The notes: a model not told the origin generated them from the letters alone. DNA of 63,791 bases, filler included, from Guillardia theta CCMP2712 (GCF_000315625.1; 4 parts of 4 records of this genome joined end to end with filler, not necessarily neighbours in it), one strand, 5' to 3'. Counted from the first letter of the whole stretch, positions 51,660-63,791 are shown. Translations and numbers: made by a program.

Positions 51660-54600
51660 CTACCGGGGGGTGTTGGAGTAGGTCGGCATGAGGACCCAGT
51701 CCTTGAAGGAAGGTTTCGCTTCTCCTCCTCCTGCTCCTGTCTCGACTGCAAGACGTCAGAGCCTCCTTCTTCTACTCCCCCTTCACCTGTTCCTGCTGCT
51801 ACTCCCCCTTCACCTGCTCCTCCTGCTCCTCCCTCTTCCCCTGCTCCCACTTCTACTCCCCCACCCCCTGCCCCTCCTGCTCTTGTTCCTCTGTGTGCGT
51901 ACCTGGTCCTGTCTCCAGAACTCGTGGGGTTGAGATTTTGCCAGGTTGGTTGTTGACGCCGCCGGAGGAGTCTGGGGCAGCCGTACCCCGCGGCGCCGGG
52001 ACCGTCTCCTGTTCCTTCCGCGGATCGACTCCTCTGTTGTTCTGCAGTCCCGTGAGCTTGAGGGTGGGAACGATGTTGGGTCGGTCGGCCCCCCCGTTGG
52101 TCGCAGGAGTTGTCAGCCGCCCTCGCAAGCTCGCGTTGCGCGCTGGGACGTCCTTGTCTTGGCTATGCTTGGTGGAGGCCTCGGGGACGCCGCTGCCCTT
52201 GGAGGAGGAGGAGGAGGAGGGCGGGGAGGAGAGGTTGACGGAGGAGGGAGTCACCTTAGAGGGCCAGTTGATCTGCTCGTTGATGATGGCGTCGAGCCGA
52301 GAGGGGAAGGCGCGCGGCAGCGTCATTGTCCTCGGCGTAGGGACTTCGCGGGGGGTCAGGAGGGACTTGTAGCTGGGGTCCTCTCGGGGGGTCATCACCC
52401 TCGACCCCTCGTCCGCCATGGGGAACTCCATCTTGCTCCTCTCTCCCTTCTGTGGACTCTCGAACATGGCGTCGGCGCCCCTGGGCTCCCCGGTATCGAC
52501 CTCTTCCTCCTCCATCACCGTCTCCATGGCGGAAGAGGAGGAGGTGTCGACCACGTTGTTCCCTATGCTCTTCACCAGGGCCCCCTCCTCTGCAGCGATC
52601 GACACCGACTGCCCCTTGATGTTGTTGTACCTCAACGTTGCCCTCGACCCCGCATGGTCCACGTGCACCCCCACCATCTTGTTTTCGTAGATCTCGTTGT
52701 CCTCGATCGATGCGTCAGCCCCGTACTGGACCCCCACCCCCTTCACCCCGTTGCCTGCGATCACGTTCTTTGTGATGAGAGCGCGGCTGCCGGGGCGGCT
52801 GACGTAGACGCCCTCCGCCGTGTTGTTGCAGATCCTGTTGTTCTCGATCTCCGCCGTCGCCCCTAGCTGGACGCCAACTCCTCTCATCCTGTTCTCCGAG
52901 AGCAGGTTGTCTGCGAGCCGAGGTGAGGGCAGCAAGGTGGAGGAGGTGGAGGGAGAAAGGCAAGGGGGGTTCAGGGTTTAGAGCAAGAAAGACGAGGACG
53001 AGGAGGAAGAGGAGAGAGGAGAGAGAGAGAGAGAGAGAGACCTTTGATCGTCGTGAGGTCTCGGGTCGCATANNNNNNNNNNNNNNNNNNNNNNNNNNNN
53101 NNNNNNNNNNNNNNNNNNNNNNNNNNNNNNNNNNNNNNNNNNNNNNNNNNNNNNNNNNNNNNNNNNNNNNNNAATCTTTGCTCTTGCTCTAACTATTTCG
53201 ACAGAGTAGCGCCGTGCAGGGACGTTGCGTACGATATCAGTGACAATCATCAAGTCAGCAAGATCAGTCGAATATCACAGTTCGGTCCGCATTCGTTGCG
53301 ATGATGGTAGTTCTTGCACCAACTTCTTCTCAGGAGGAGGAGGAGGAGGAGGAGGAACCTTTGATCGTCGTGAGGGTCTCCGGGTCGCATACAAAGACTC
53401 CTCCCTCCTCGTTCTTTCTGATCTGATTTCCCTTGATCAACACGAACCCTCCGCTCTGGATCCCGACGCCCTTGGATCCGTTGCTCGAGATCTCGTTCTG
53501 CTGCAAGAGACTCCTGGAGCTCTTGCCGCTCACAAACACTCCCTCCTGCCTGTTGCCCGACATCGTGCACTCAACCGCCTCCACGCACGCTCCTCCTTGC
53601 ACCCCAACACCTCTCACTCCGTTGTCCAAGAACTCTGTCTTCCACGCCGACGCGTACGCGCCATGGCCGTCAGCGTACAGCCCGGCATGTCGGTTCCTTG
53701 CTACACGATTCTTCTCAAGGTTCACCTGGGCCCCGTCCTGAACCGCTACTCCCATCTCTCCGTTGTCGCTGATTTCGCTCTCAGTCAGGATGCACTCAGC
53801 CCCGGTCCTGTGCGCGAGCACCCCGACAGCTCCGTTGTTGCACACCTGGCTCTTGCTCACTACTCCCTTCCCTCCGCTCTGGCACACGACCCCGTACATC
53901 CTATTCCTGTTCACCTCGCAGCTCTCGCACCGAGCGTTCCCGTTGTCAGTGGCGAGGATAGCGCACTTGCCGCTCCCGCACAGGTTGCATCCTTCCGCCA
54001 CCAGCACGCCGTTCTCCGCTACCATCACCGCGATCCCCCGATCACTCCACACGCTGCAGTTGTGCAGGTTCAAGGAGCCGCGGAAGCACTCGACGGCCCT
54101 CACAGTCTCCTTTCCCCTCCTCGTCGAGTCTCCTCCAGTCTGATTCATGGCCATCCCCGATATGCTCACGTTGTCGGCAAAGCACTTGAGCAGCGGGCGG
54201 CCATGGCTGCCCTGCAGTACGACTCGGTCGTTGCCATCGCAGACGATGGAGACAGGACGATCGAGAACGATCTCTTCCTCGTACAAGCCTCCGTCTACCA
54301 CGATCGTGCTCCCCGCCGCTGCTCTGCTGACGGCAGAGGTGATGCTCGTGAAGCTGCCCATCCCTGCCCGCTGCGGAGAGTCGATGAGCGGAGGAGGCGC
54401 GGAGAAGAGGCGTACCTTGCTCACTCGAAGAGGACCGTTGTCCTGCGGCACAGGGTCCAGCGACTGCATCTTGGGAGGAGGACGAGGCGTCATCAGGTGC
54501 TGCTGGGGCTGCGGCTGGGGTTGAAGTTGAGGCTGAGGCAGCGGCTGCGAGTGATGTAGCGGCTGCATCTGCCAGAGTGTAGGGAAGTTGTTGGGGAAGA

Positions 54601-56693
54601 AAGGAAGAAGGAAGAAGGAAGAGGACAAGGAAGAGAGGAAGAGAAGTGAAGGGAGGCAGGAGGGAGGTAGGGAAGTAGGAGAGAGGAGGACGCTCTTGTT
54701 AGCATGTAGTCATGGAGAAAAGTTCCAAGTACCCTGGGGGTCTCTGGTTTCCTCGGGGAGAAGAGAATTTCGCCGAGTGACTGGAGGGTATCGAGGGGGG
54801 AAGAAGTCCAGGAGGAGGAGGAGGAGAGACGATCTGTGGTCTTCCTCGGTGTTTTCCTTGGAGTGCTGGCTGTTCCTCCTTGGTAGGGCAGGTGGCGGAG
54901 AACGTTCACCTCGAAAGTCTTGTGTCCTCTCCCCAGCTGAAGGTTCACCACAGTCCCTGCACGCATCTCAGCACCCTTGTGGAAGAGAAAGGGAAGGGGA
55001 AGGGGAAGGGGAAAGGAGGAACGAGAGATAGAGGGAGGGAGGGACAGGGGGAAAGGTAACGAGGAGGGAAAGAGGAAGAAGAGGGATGAAGGGAAGGTTA
55101 ACGGCTAGTCAAACTTCACCTGATGGCCCACGTAGAAGCTCGTGCACGACTTGGATGGGGAGCATTTCTGCTGCGACGTTGTTGACTGCCAGCAGCCTGT
55201 CCCCAGGAAGGATGTCGATGTTCTGATAACCTGCCTGCCCCTGCAGCGTCCCCTCCACGTCACTCACGTCCAGCACTTCCAGCACCGTGTGAGGGACGTC
55301 CCTGGTGACCACCAGCCCGACAGATCCAGGAGCCCTTGCTTCTCTTGGGGTGGGAGCAGGTGCAGGAGCAGGAGCGCCAGGTTGTGCCCTCTCCTGCGCG
55401 GCAGGATGAGGGACGCTGCGAGCACTTAGAGGTCCCTGGTCTTCCCTCCAAGGCTCCGTCGACCTGTTGGGAGAGGAGACGAGCGGCTTCAACGCGAAAC
55501 CTGCTTGAGACAGACGAGACAGACCCTCCTGTCTCGGCATTACGTTGCTCTGCCCCGACTCCTGCCTAGGGGCGCTCGCTGCCTCGGGGGCTCGGAGCGA
55601 CACGGCCTCCCTCCTCGGGGACATGAAGGCTTGCTGGATGTCAGGGTTCTGCCGCTGATTGTCCGCAATGCTGTGAGTGATCGAGCTCGGGTTGATCTGC
55701 GCAGCCTCGATGGGAGAAGCGCCTCTGACGATGTCCTGCAGCATCTCGATGGCCGAGCGGTAGCGCGCGTTGGGCTGCTTCTCAAGAGCTCGCTGGATCA
55801 CGTCTTCAGCGAAGGAGGAGACCTCCGGGTTGATGTCTCGGACCCGCGGCACCTGGGCCGTCAGGATGGCCTCACGGAGGTCCCGATGGGGGGAGCGGAG
55901 GAAGGGGAATCGACCAGTGAACATGCGAAACATCATGACACCAACAGCCCACACGTCCGTCCGAGCGTCAACCGCTTCTGCTCGAACTTGCTCGGGCGAC
56001 ATGTAGGGCAGGACGTCTGTGAAGGACTGGTGCAGGCTCTTGGACAGCCCGATGCACAGGATCTTGACCTTGCCATCGCTCACGAAGGTGGAGCCGGTGC
56101 AGACGTCGCCATGCACCAGGTCGTTCTTGCTGTGGACCGCGTCGAGGATGAGCAGGAGGTCAGACACAGCCTTGAGGACGAAGCTCTCAGGAACGTATTC
56201 TCCTCTTGCCTGAGCGGCAAGCAACACGTCCTCCAGGGGCTCTCCCGCGATGTCCTACAACCAAAAGAACCACCTCAGAGGCAACGACGAGGGTGGACAA
56301 CAAGGCAAGGATGACCTCTGCGACGAGGTAGCTCTTGTCATCCCATTCTCCAAACCCCAAGACTCTCGTCCATCCCTCGTGAGCAACTGCAGAAGCAGCT
56401 TGCGCTTCCTGTCTCCTGAGCCTCTGCATTCGCATGTATCAATACTTGCCGCCTCAGGTTGCGCATCACCTGAACATCTGCGCTCGTCAGCAGGGGTTGT
56501 TGCACTATCGTGACTCTGGCATTGTGAGAAAGATCTCTTCCTGTCCATATCGTCGTAGTCCCCGTCCGAGAGATACAGCCTGCCTCCAGAGGTCAGACTG
56601 ATATCTCCGTTACTCTTGTCACCCACCTATGATCTCGAACCGGCCATCGATCCTCGTCCCAACCCTCCACCGAAGGCTCTCAGGCTCATCCAT
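51660..56693 (-). CDS. Multidomain protein: PknB-like pseudokinase + PDZ + right-handed parallel beta-helix (FBXO11/NosD-like); multi-exon
   Basis: Kinase C-lobe YMSPEQVRAEAVDARTDVWAVGVMMFRMFTGRFPF...RALEKQPNARY. PDZ GSVGLVV...ILPGDRLLAVNN...ELLRGPSG-TVVNL. Beta-helix FTSITSAV...GGLYEEEIVLDRPV followed by N-x-x-x-GV repeats. Joining these into one gene is inferred from splice sites. Confidence 0.7.
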
Positions 56694-59600
56694 CGCTGAT
56701 GTTTCTGCAGGTGAGTCAGGTGAAAGAAGTCTTTCCTTTCCCTCCTCCCGCCTCCTCTTGTACCTTACAGCTGTCACTGAGGATGCCCGTCTTGTCCTAG
56801 CAGTCAAGTTCTTGTTTCATGCTCGAGCTGCTGCCTGCAAGACCGATGAGTACTAAATTCATTTGACAGTGACAAGAAAACAAAGTATGAACGAACAGGA
56901 GAGGCTGACTGGAAGCCTGAGAGTTACAAGGTGCGAGGAATTTGAGTAAATCGGTCATTACGCAGATGTGATGAGAAACTCGTGGGAAGGAGGTGTGCAA
57001 GATTACAACAAACTTCACTCATGCTACATGTTCGAGAGAAGCACGTCTCATCATAACATCACAAAGTCAAGACCATGATAGATCATAAGGTGCTTCCCAT
57101 ATCCTTGGTTCCAAAATTGCTCTCCCTCTGCCGGTATCAAACTGCCACATGCTGTCCAGCAGCGCTCATTTTCCTGCTCTGTCTCTCTGTCATCGGCTAT
57201 GCATTTCTCGCTCTCATCTCATCTCGTGCGGTGTTTCCCTCTACCTTCCCTTCCCCGCCATTCCTCGCTTCCTCGCCATCTGTCCCATAAAAATTCCAGT
57301 CGTCATGATACACAAAAGGCCGTTCAAAGGGAGTAATGATTTCGAGTCCGCCTCATAGATTAATTACCCCTTTCACTGCAAGTCAGTACGGATCTCCCTC
57401 GCCCTCCGATGTCAAACTACCCCCGCCGATAGAGCAATCAATGCACTGTCTCAATAATTAACTAATTATTTTATTTATTCTCTATAATATACTTTTTCTG
57501 CTCTCATTGCTGGGGTACTCGTCTGCACATCTTAGTACCCCTACCATCCGGTTCCCACCTTTCTACCCCCCAATCTTACTATGACCCTACCTCCGGTACT
57601 TCCGATCCCGATCCCGAGCGAGGGGACCTTGAATTTATGGTCAAAAGTTTGAAATCCTTTCTGTACGACCATTGGGAAAGTACCCCCACTAATTAGCCTG
57701 CATATTGAGCAAATATTCACCAGGGGTTCAAAAGATTTCATGGTGAAATTTCATGATGGACCTTGCAAGCATGAATTTCTTGTAGTTCAGCCCCGTTGCT
57801 CTTCCTCCTCCCCCTCCCCCTCCCCCTCCTCCTCCCCCTCCTCCTCCTCCTCCTCCTCCTCCTCCTCCTCCTCCTCCTCCTCCTCCTTACACCCGCCTCC
57901 TCTCACCAACCTTCATCGCCCCGCCCTTCCTGTATCTCCTCCCCATCCTGGCTCCTTCTATCCTTTGTCTCCAGGAATCCCATCCCTCTCCTTCTCTCCG
58001 TCAGTAAGCACTTTCTGCTCTATGCATCTGATTACCCGAAATAAATCCTTCCTGACCTTCTGCATTGCTTGCTCCCCCTCTTTTATTCGTTTTTTTTCTG
58101 GCCGTCTGCATGGCATCGCTGCCCTTGATCGTGTTAGGCGGCAAATGCTGAGGGTCCTGCACTGTTGTGCGAGCAATGTGTCAATCTGTCGAAATGTTCT
58201 GGATGTTTTAAATGATCACGGCTCAAAGTATCGAACTCTCACGAAATAAATGTGACAAGCTGAGTTATCGCTCGAAAACGCCCCTTTCTCTCAAGAAAAT
58301 CGAAAGTGGTTATTTTGCTGTCCTTCCTGTCAGTCTGCATGTTTGCTGGAACAAGGAAAGATCCGAAATACCAAGGAAAGATTCGAAACATGGGGATCCT
58401 GATGGAGCAAACTCACAGTTTCATGGAACGCTCAGCCATAACTGCTTCCACTCAGTGATTCGCTCATTAATCAAGGCAGTTTGTACATCAAGGCCGTTTG
58501 CACAGACTGTGCAAACTGCAGACTGTGCAAACTGCCTTGATTACTGCAAACTGTGCAAACTGCCTTGATATTGCTGATCTACCTCCACTACAGTCTCTTG
58601 AAGGGAAAAAATTTTGCGTTCGGTCCGAGAAGATCACTAGTATCATGTGAATTTTTGATATTTCTCCTCATCCCTCCTCATCATCATCATCATCTCCATC
58701 ATCTCCATCATCATCGTCGTTGTCATGATCATCATCATCTCCACCATCGTCGTCGTCGTCGTCATCATCATCATCATCATCATCATCCTATCCTATCCTA
58801 TCCTATCCTATCCTATCCTATCCTATCCTATCCTATCCTATCCTCTCTTCTCCTCTCCTCTCCGTCCACCCACATTCAAGGTTGTATCCATGACCAACTT
58901 TGCACCCACTACCCCTATCCTGCTATGTCCCTCAACCCAATACCCTACCCTACCACCTGTTTCCTAATCTGCACCTCTTATTGACTACCTACCCATTCCT
59001 TACCCAATTACTGACCTACCATAGATTTCACAAGGATTTGACACTCAAGAGTACCCGTGAAATATTTTCATGACCCCACCCTCTGTGGTCTATATTGTAA
59101 AAAAGATCCCTCTACCCCTACCTCTTTCCGAAGATGTCTTTTGAACCCACTACCCCCCACCATACCCTCACCCACCCTTTTACTGAGAATCTTTTCTGCC
59201 CGTGTTACTACCACGAACATTCTAGCAGGGAGCCGAGCAAACGCGCTCCTCCCCTCCCCACTCGCTTCCTGCCCCCCTCTCCCTCCCTCCCTCATCCTCT
59301 CCCTTCTCCTCTCCTCGCGCTTCTTCATCCTTCTTCATCTTCTCTTCCAGCTCATGGTTGCTTGATCCGGTTTTCTCCAATCACAACCTTTTGCGCATCA
59401 CCTTCGCTTCTTCACCATCCTCCTCTCCTCTGGCTGCCCGCCTCCTCGTCCCTACATATCACCTTCAGATTCTCAGCCCCTCTCTGATCAGCATTTCCTT
59501 GAATCGTCGGCTCGCAACCTCAATCAGAGAGACCACGAAATGGCTTGACCTCTCAGTTGCAGCAGCGTTCAACTCCATCAGCAAACTGTGAAGACAGAGG

Positions 59601-59734
59601 AGCCCCGCACGGTCGAGTACACCACCACCACCACCACCTCTCCTCCTCCTCCTCCTCCTCCTCCTCCTCCTCCTCCTCCTCCTCCTCCTCNNNNNNNNNN
59701 NNNNNNNNNNNNNNNNNNNNNNNNNNNNNNNNNN

Positions 59735-59746
59735 TTAATTAATTAA
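59735..59746. other. Artificial contig-joining linker TTAATTAATTAA
   Basis: Same 12-mer as at 21599. Confidence 0.9.
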
Positions 59747-59932
59747 NNNNNNNNNNNNNNNNNNNNNNNNNNNNNNNNNNNNNNNNNNNNCCATGACGCT
59801 CCCCACAGAAGCGCTGGCGTGGCTGCGTCCTTTCTTCCGTGTCGCAAAGTCGGCTAGATTGGGATACGTGGAGAGGAAACCGATGCGTCTCCCTCCGCCC
59901 CCTCTCACAGATATCCCTCAGCCATGGCCAGG

Positions 59933-60652
59933 TGTAAGGAGGGGGCGGAGTCGTGCCAGACCCTCAAGAGCGAGGGCAGGGGAGGGAGCGAGAGGGGAGG
60001 GGAGGGAGTCTGTAAGTACGAGGAAAGGAGGGGGGAAAGCTTCATGTCTCGTGGCGTGTTACGGAGGTCTGCATGTCTAAAAGGTTTTAGAGGATATGGG
60101 GCGACTCCTTTAAATGGAGCTTTAGAAGGATCTAGAGCATGCTCTGTAAGGCTTCTTAGACCTAGACCTCCGCTGGGTCACGATGTGGGGATGCAAAAGG
60201 TTTTAGCAGATGTGAGGAAGGCTTCATATCTCACTGCTTCAGCGGACGATCAAGACCTGCACGCAGTGAGATATGAAGCATTCTAAAGCTCCAGATCACG
60301 GGCCTCTGAGGCAGTGCGCCCCATATCCTCTAAAACCTTTTAGACATGCAGACCTCCGTAACACGCCACGAGACATGAAGCTTTCCCCCCTCCTTTCCTC
60401 GTACTTACAGACTCCCTCCCCTCCTGATAGGATATGTTTACTGACTTCCTGTCTTTCTTAAGTAGGTGTCCTAGGCAGTCTCGTTTCTTAGGAAATTAGA
60501 TTACTTACTTTTCTTTATCTCTAACGTTGATTTGGAGTAAATTGCCGTTGAATTGTGCATTGCTGTCGCGCGCTTGTTCTTTGGTTTCTTGACGGGATCA
60601 CTTCGTGTGTCAACACTGGATCGAGAGATACTTGTAGGAAGTTTTCCTAACA
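59933..60652 (+). repeat. Putative 5' LTR (~720 bp) followed by a candidate PBS at 60656
   Basis: Termini TGTAAGGA...TCCTAACA form an imperfect terminal inverted repeat (TG..CA). Three nt later TGGTACGCGAAGG occurs, then the gag ATG at 60720. The second LTR is not in the window, so this is unconfirmed. Confidence 0.55.
59996..60424. repeat. Perfect 108-bp inverted repeat (59996-60103 / 60317-60424) with nested hairpins
   Basis: Base-by-base reverse-complement match of the two arms. Confidence 0.95.
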
Positions 60653-60719
60653 TTTTGGTACGCGAAGGCCTGGTTTTCCTCTCGGAGTTGTTGTGTTGAA
60701 AGAAGTTGTTCAAGAAAAC

Positions 60720-61621
60720 ATGGATAGGACGAGCATTCAGTCAGGTAGCGTTGTCTCGGACTTCATGAGTCGAAGCATGTCGCGGTTGGGCAGCTTTGTG
60801 AAGGAGACATTGAATGGGTCAGCAGAGCCGCGCTTTCCTACGGTGACAGGCATGTCGCCGCAGTCACATGCGTACGATCCGTCGGAAACTGTCATCCAGC
60901 AGGAGGCTGTTGTACGTGACGATAGTGTTGACAGTGGTCGTACAGTGCCTTCATGGTTGGAGAGTAGGGATGAAAACGAAAGAGATGGTCCCGCCCTTCC
61001 CTTGAAAGCCAGTTTTCGTGACATCGTGGAAGAAAATGAGCACCTACGCCGGACATGTAGAGAGCTCAGGTCTGTGGAACAGAACAACATGGATAAGATG
61101 CACAATCTCGTAAATGCACTCGCAGAATCCCAGAGAGAAGCTGATCGCAAACTCCAGGATCTTGTGAGGGCACTTGAGGAATCCCAGCGAGAGAACCGTA
61201 GCTTGCCAAGGAGGCAGCGGAGATGCGTGTACTGCTTTGTGAGCGGGTTCGGGAACCCGAGGACAAGCCTCACAAGCTTAAGCATGCGGAGATGACGTGT
61301 CAGATTTGCAAGCTGGATCCGAAGTCATTGTTGCAGTACATGGTGAGCAGACCATGGAAGAGGTCGGTGGTCTCATGGCTCGGATATATCGAAGGCAGGT
61401 GTAAATTTCACCGTATAGCACGCCATCGATGGGTAGGAGCGGCCATCTCTGCGTTCGGGCCGGAGGTGCAGCTATGGTGGGCTACACTCCCGATGGCTGA
61501 GCAAGATCAGTTCTCAGCTGAGCATGGTGATTGGGAACAGTTTGTGGAGAAACTGTTGTTGAAATGGTTACCGTTCGAGTTTATTGAGAAACTTGAGCGT
61601 CATGTGCAGAAGCAGGCTAGG
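60720..61621 (+). pseudogene. gag: Retrotransposon gag with an apparent frameshift near 61200
   Basis: Coiled-coil ORF ...ESQRENR continues in another frame as LAKEAAEMRVLL...QLWWATL. Confidence 0.65.
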
Positions 61622-62306
61622 NNNNNNNNNNNNNNNNNNNNNNNNNNNNNNNNNNNNNNNNNNNNNNNNNNNNNNNNNNNNNNNNNNNNNNNNNNNNNNN
61701 NNNNNNNNNNNNNNNNNNNNNNNNNNNNNNNNNNNNNNNNNNNNNNNNNNNNNNNNNNNNNNNNNNNNNNNNNNNNNNNNNNNNNNNNNNNNNNNNNNNN
61801 NNNNNNNNNNNNNNNNNNNNNNNNNNNNNNNNNNNNNNNNNNNNNNNNNNNNNNNNNNNNNNNNNNNNNNNNNNNNNNNNNNNNNNNNNNNNNNNNNNNN
61901 NNNNNNNNNNNNNNNNNNNNNNNNNNNNNNNNNNNNNNNNNNNNNNNNNNNNNNNNNNNNNNNNNNNNNNNNNNNNNNNNNNNNNNNNNNNNNNNNNNNN
62001 NNNNNNNNNNNNNNNNNNNNNNNNNNNNNNNNNNNNNNNNNNNNNNNNNNNNNNNNNNNNNNNNNNNNNNNNNNNNNNNNNNNNNNNNNNNNNNNNNNNN
62101 NNNNNNNNNNNNNNNNNNNNNNNNNNNNNNNNNNNNNNNNNNNNNNNNNNNNNNNNNNNNNNNNNNNNNNNNNNNNNNNNNNNNNNNNNNNNNNNNNNNN
62201 NNNNNNNNNNNNNNNNNNNNNNNNNNNNNNNNNNNNNNNNNNNNNNNNNNNNNNNNNNNNNNNNNNNNNNNNNNNNNNNNNNNNNNNNNNNNNNNNNNNN
62301 NNNNNN

Positions 62307-63759
62307 GTTCGGGGATCAATCCCATAGTTCTTAATGCATTGCTCGATACAGCTGCTGAGAGTCGTTTATCAGCACGAAGGCAGTGCGCAAATTTGGTCTG
62401 TTGGTCACGGATGCAGAAGTTCGTAAACGAGTTATTATGGCCGACGGGACGAGTAGATTGTCTGATATGGTTTTCCAGACAAAATTGGGCGTAGGCTCCA
62501 GTTTCAAGAGTAGTGGGTCGTTCTACATGCTTGACTTGCCGCATGCGGACATGATCCTCTCATGGGAATGGATGCGTACGAACAAGATCGTGATTGATGC
62601 GGGTCATCCCAGAGTCTTTGCCAAGTGGCGCAGCAAGATGGTCGAGCTTCCGTTACTTATTTGCCCGACAAACAAGCAATTCGGGGCTGCGGACGCCTCG
62701 CTGTGTCAGGTACTTTCTTACACTGAGGCAGTGAGAGACCTCAAGCAGAACGATTCGGAATGGTACGTGGTACATTTGTGCAACCTGTTGGAGATGGCTC
62801 AGCCGACAGATGGTGCCACGAGTCTCGAGCAGAAGGCTGCCGAGACGATCATGGAAGATTATTCGGATGTCATTCGTGACGACATTCCCAGTGACGTTGT
62901 TCTTGACCGGTCCTTCAAGGCGACGATTCGACTCAAGGATAACGTTGAGGCGGTGCAAAAGAAACCTTACCCTGTGCCACTCGCGTTGGAGGAGGAGTTG
63001 AAAGCGAATCTTGCCTTCTTGTTGGAGCGTGGGATCATTGAGCCTTCGACGTCTGAGTTTACGTCTCCCGTAATCTTCACAAAAAAGTCTGATGGTACAT
63101 TGCGTTTTTGCACTGATATGAGGTTCGTTAACAGCTTGATCCGGAATGATAACTTTCCATTGCCGTTGGTGATGGAGCTGATAGAACGAGTGGGTCGAAA
63201 GATCATGGAAGAGAGAGCGCGTTATGCTTCAGAACCTGGGGCACGGTTGTGGATCAGCTCACTCGACCTAGCGAAAAGTTTTTGGCAACTTGAGTTGGAC
63301 GCCGCGTCGAGGAAGTACACCTGTTTCATCACGAAGTTTGGGAAATATCAGTATCGGAGGATTCCTTTCGGCTTGGTAGATTCGGCAAATCAATTTCAGA
63401 AATTTCTCGAGAGTGTTCTTCAAGGTCTCGAGAATTGCCTGAGCTATATCGACGATGTTTGCTTGATCAGTTATGGGAGCTTGGAGAGACATGAGCGTTT
63501 GCTTCGACAGGCTCTGGATCGCTTTCGCAAAGAGCAGTTGTTTGTCAAGAAGTCGAAATGTAAGCTGTTTCACTCTGAAATTGATTTCCTCGGTTTCCAC
63601 ATCAGCGAGGCAGGCGTCTCGACACAAGAGAAAAAGGTACAAGCGATTGTGGATCGTACGGCACCTCAGACAGTGAAGGAACTCAAGTCGTTTTTGGGAG
63701 TGTTGAACTTTTACAGGAAGTATGTGCCGGATTACGCAGCGTTAGCACTTCCGGTCTGA
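62307..63759 (+). pseudogene. pol: Retrotransposon pol (protease-RT) with a frameshift near 62370 and a stop at 63757-63759
   Basis: The protease active-site motif is in a different frame from the rest of pol. A stop occurs before RNase H. Confidence 0.75.
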
Positions 63760-63791
63760 GGACCAAATGCCGCCCGAAATATCGTAAAAAA

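Larger units (their letters stand above)
59933..63791 (+). mobile_element. Ty3/Gypsy LTR retrotransposon, 5' portion (LTR, gag, protease, RT), with frameshifts; truncated by the window end
   Basis: Gag QLWWATL...WEQFVEKLL. Protease ALLDTAA...MADG...DMILSWEWM. RT follows protease directly, which is the Gypsy order: GIIEPSTSEFTSPV..KKSDGTLRFCTDMR, LDLAKSFWQ, PFGL, YIDD, SKCKLF..IDFLGF, LKSFLGVLNFYRKYV. Confidence 0.92.

Noticed and set aside
53041-53392. Duplicated exon end (cctttgatcgtcgtgag..gggtcgcata) on both sides of a gap, resembling a tandem exon duplication
   Set aside because: The copy at 53041-53072 abuts the N-run and lacks two bases, which fits a low-quality contig-end overlap.
61190-62390. 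Gag and pol frame changes as programmed ribosomal frameshifts
   Set aside because: They fall inside gag and inside the protease, with no obvious slippery heptamer, and one is next to a gap. Decay or sequencing error is more likely.
62383-63759. RT as the diversifier of the ankyrin array (DGR-like system)
   Set aside because: It is an ordinary Gypsy RT on a separately joined contig, and no template repeat or adenine-specific variation is evident.

Overview
Eukaryotic nuclear DNA from a draft assembly. It contains N-gaps and three artificial TTAATTAATTAA contig linkers. Short introns, microsatellite-filled introns and a bipartite signal peptide plus Phe transit peptide point to an alga with a complex red plastid, most like a cryptophyte (inference). 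Genes recognised after manual splicing, in order: TAT-SF1/CUS2-like splicing factor, LamG-domain protein, plastid DUF1517/FLAP1-like protein, P-protein/OCA2-like permease, MYND-like hypothetical protein, TFIP11/Ntr1, DCAF10-like WD40 protein, an ADP-ribosyltransferase-ankyrin protein, a TPR protein, DHCR7/DWF5, a pseudokinase-PDZ-beta-helix protein and a Ty3/Gypsy LTR retrotransposon. The main finding is the ~1889-aa two-exon gene at 33282-39110. It fuses an R-S-E class mono-ADP-ribosyltransferase to about 33 ankyrin repeats. Thirty-one of these are exact 105-bp units that vary mainly at the ligand-binding positions and show signs of recent repeat shuffling, so the gene is a candidate diversifying sensor-effector (immune-like) system. 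The second finding is a perfect 108-bp inverted repeat with nested hairpins inside the putative Gypsy LTR. All gene models are hand-spliced and no database searches were run.
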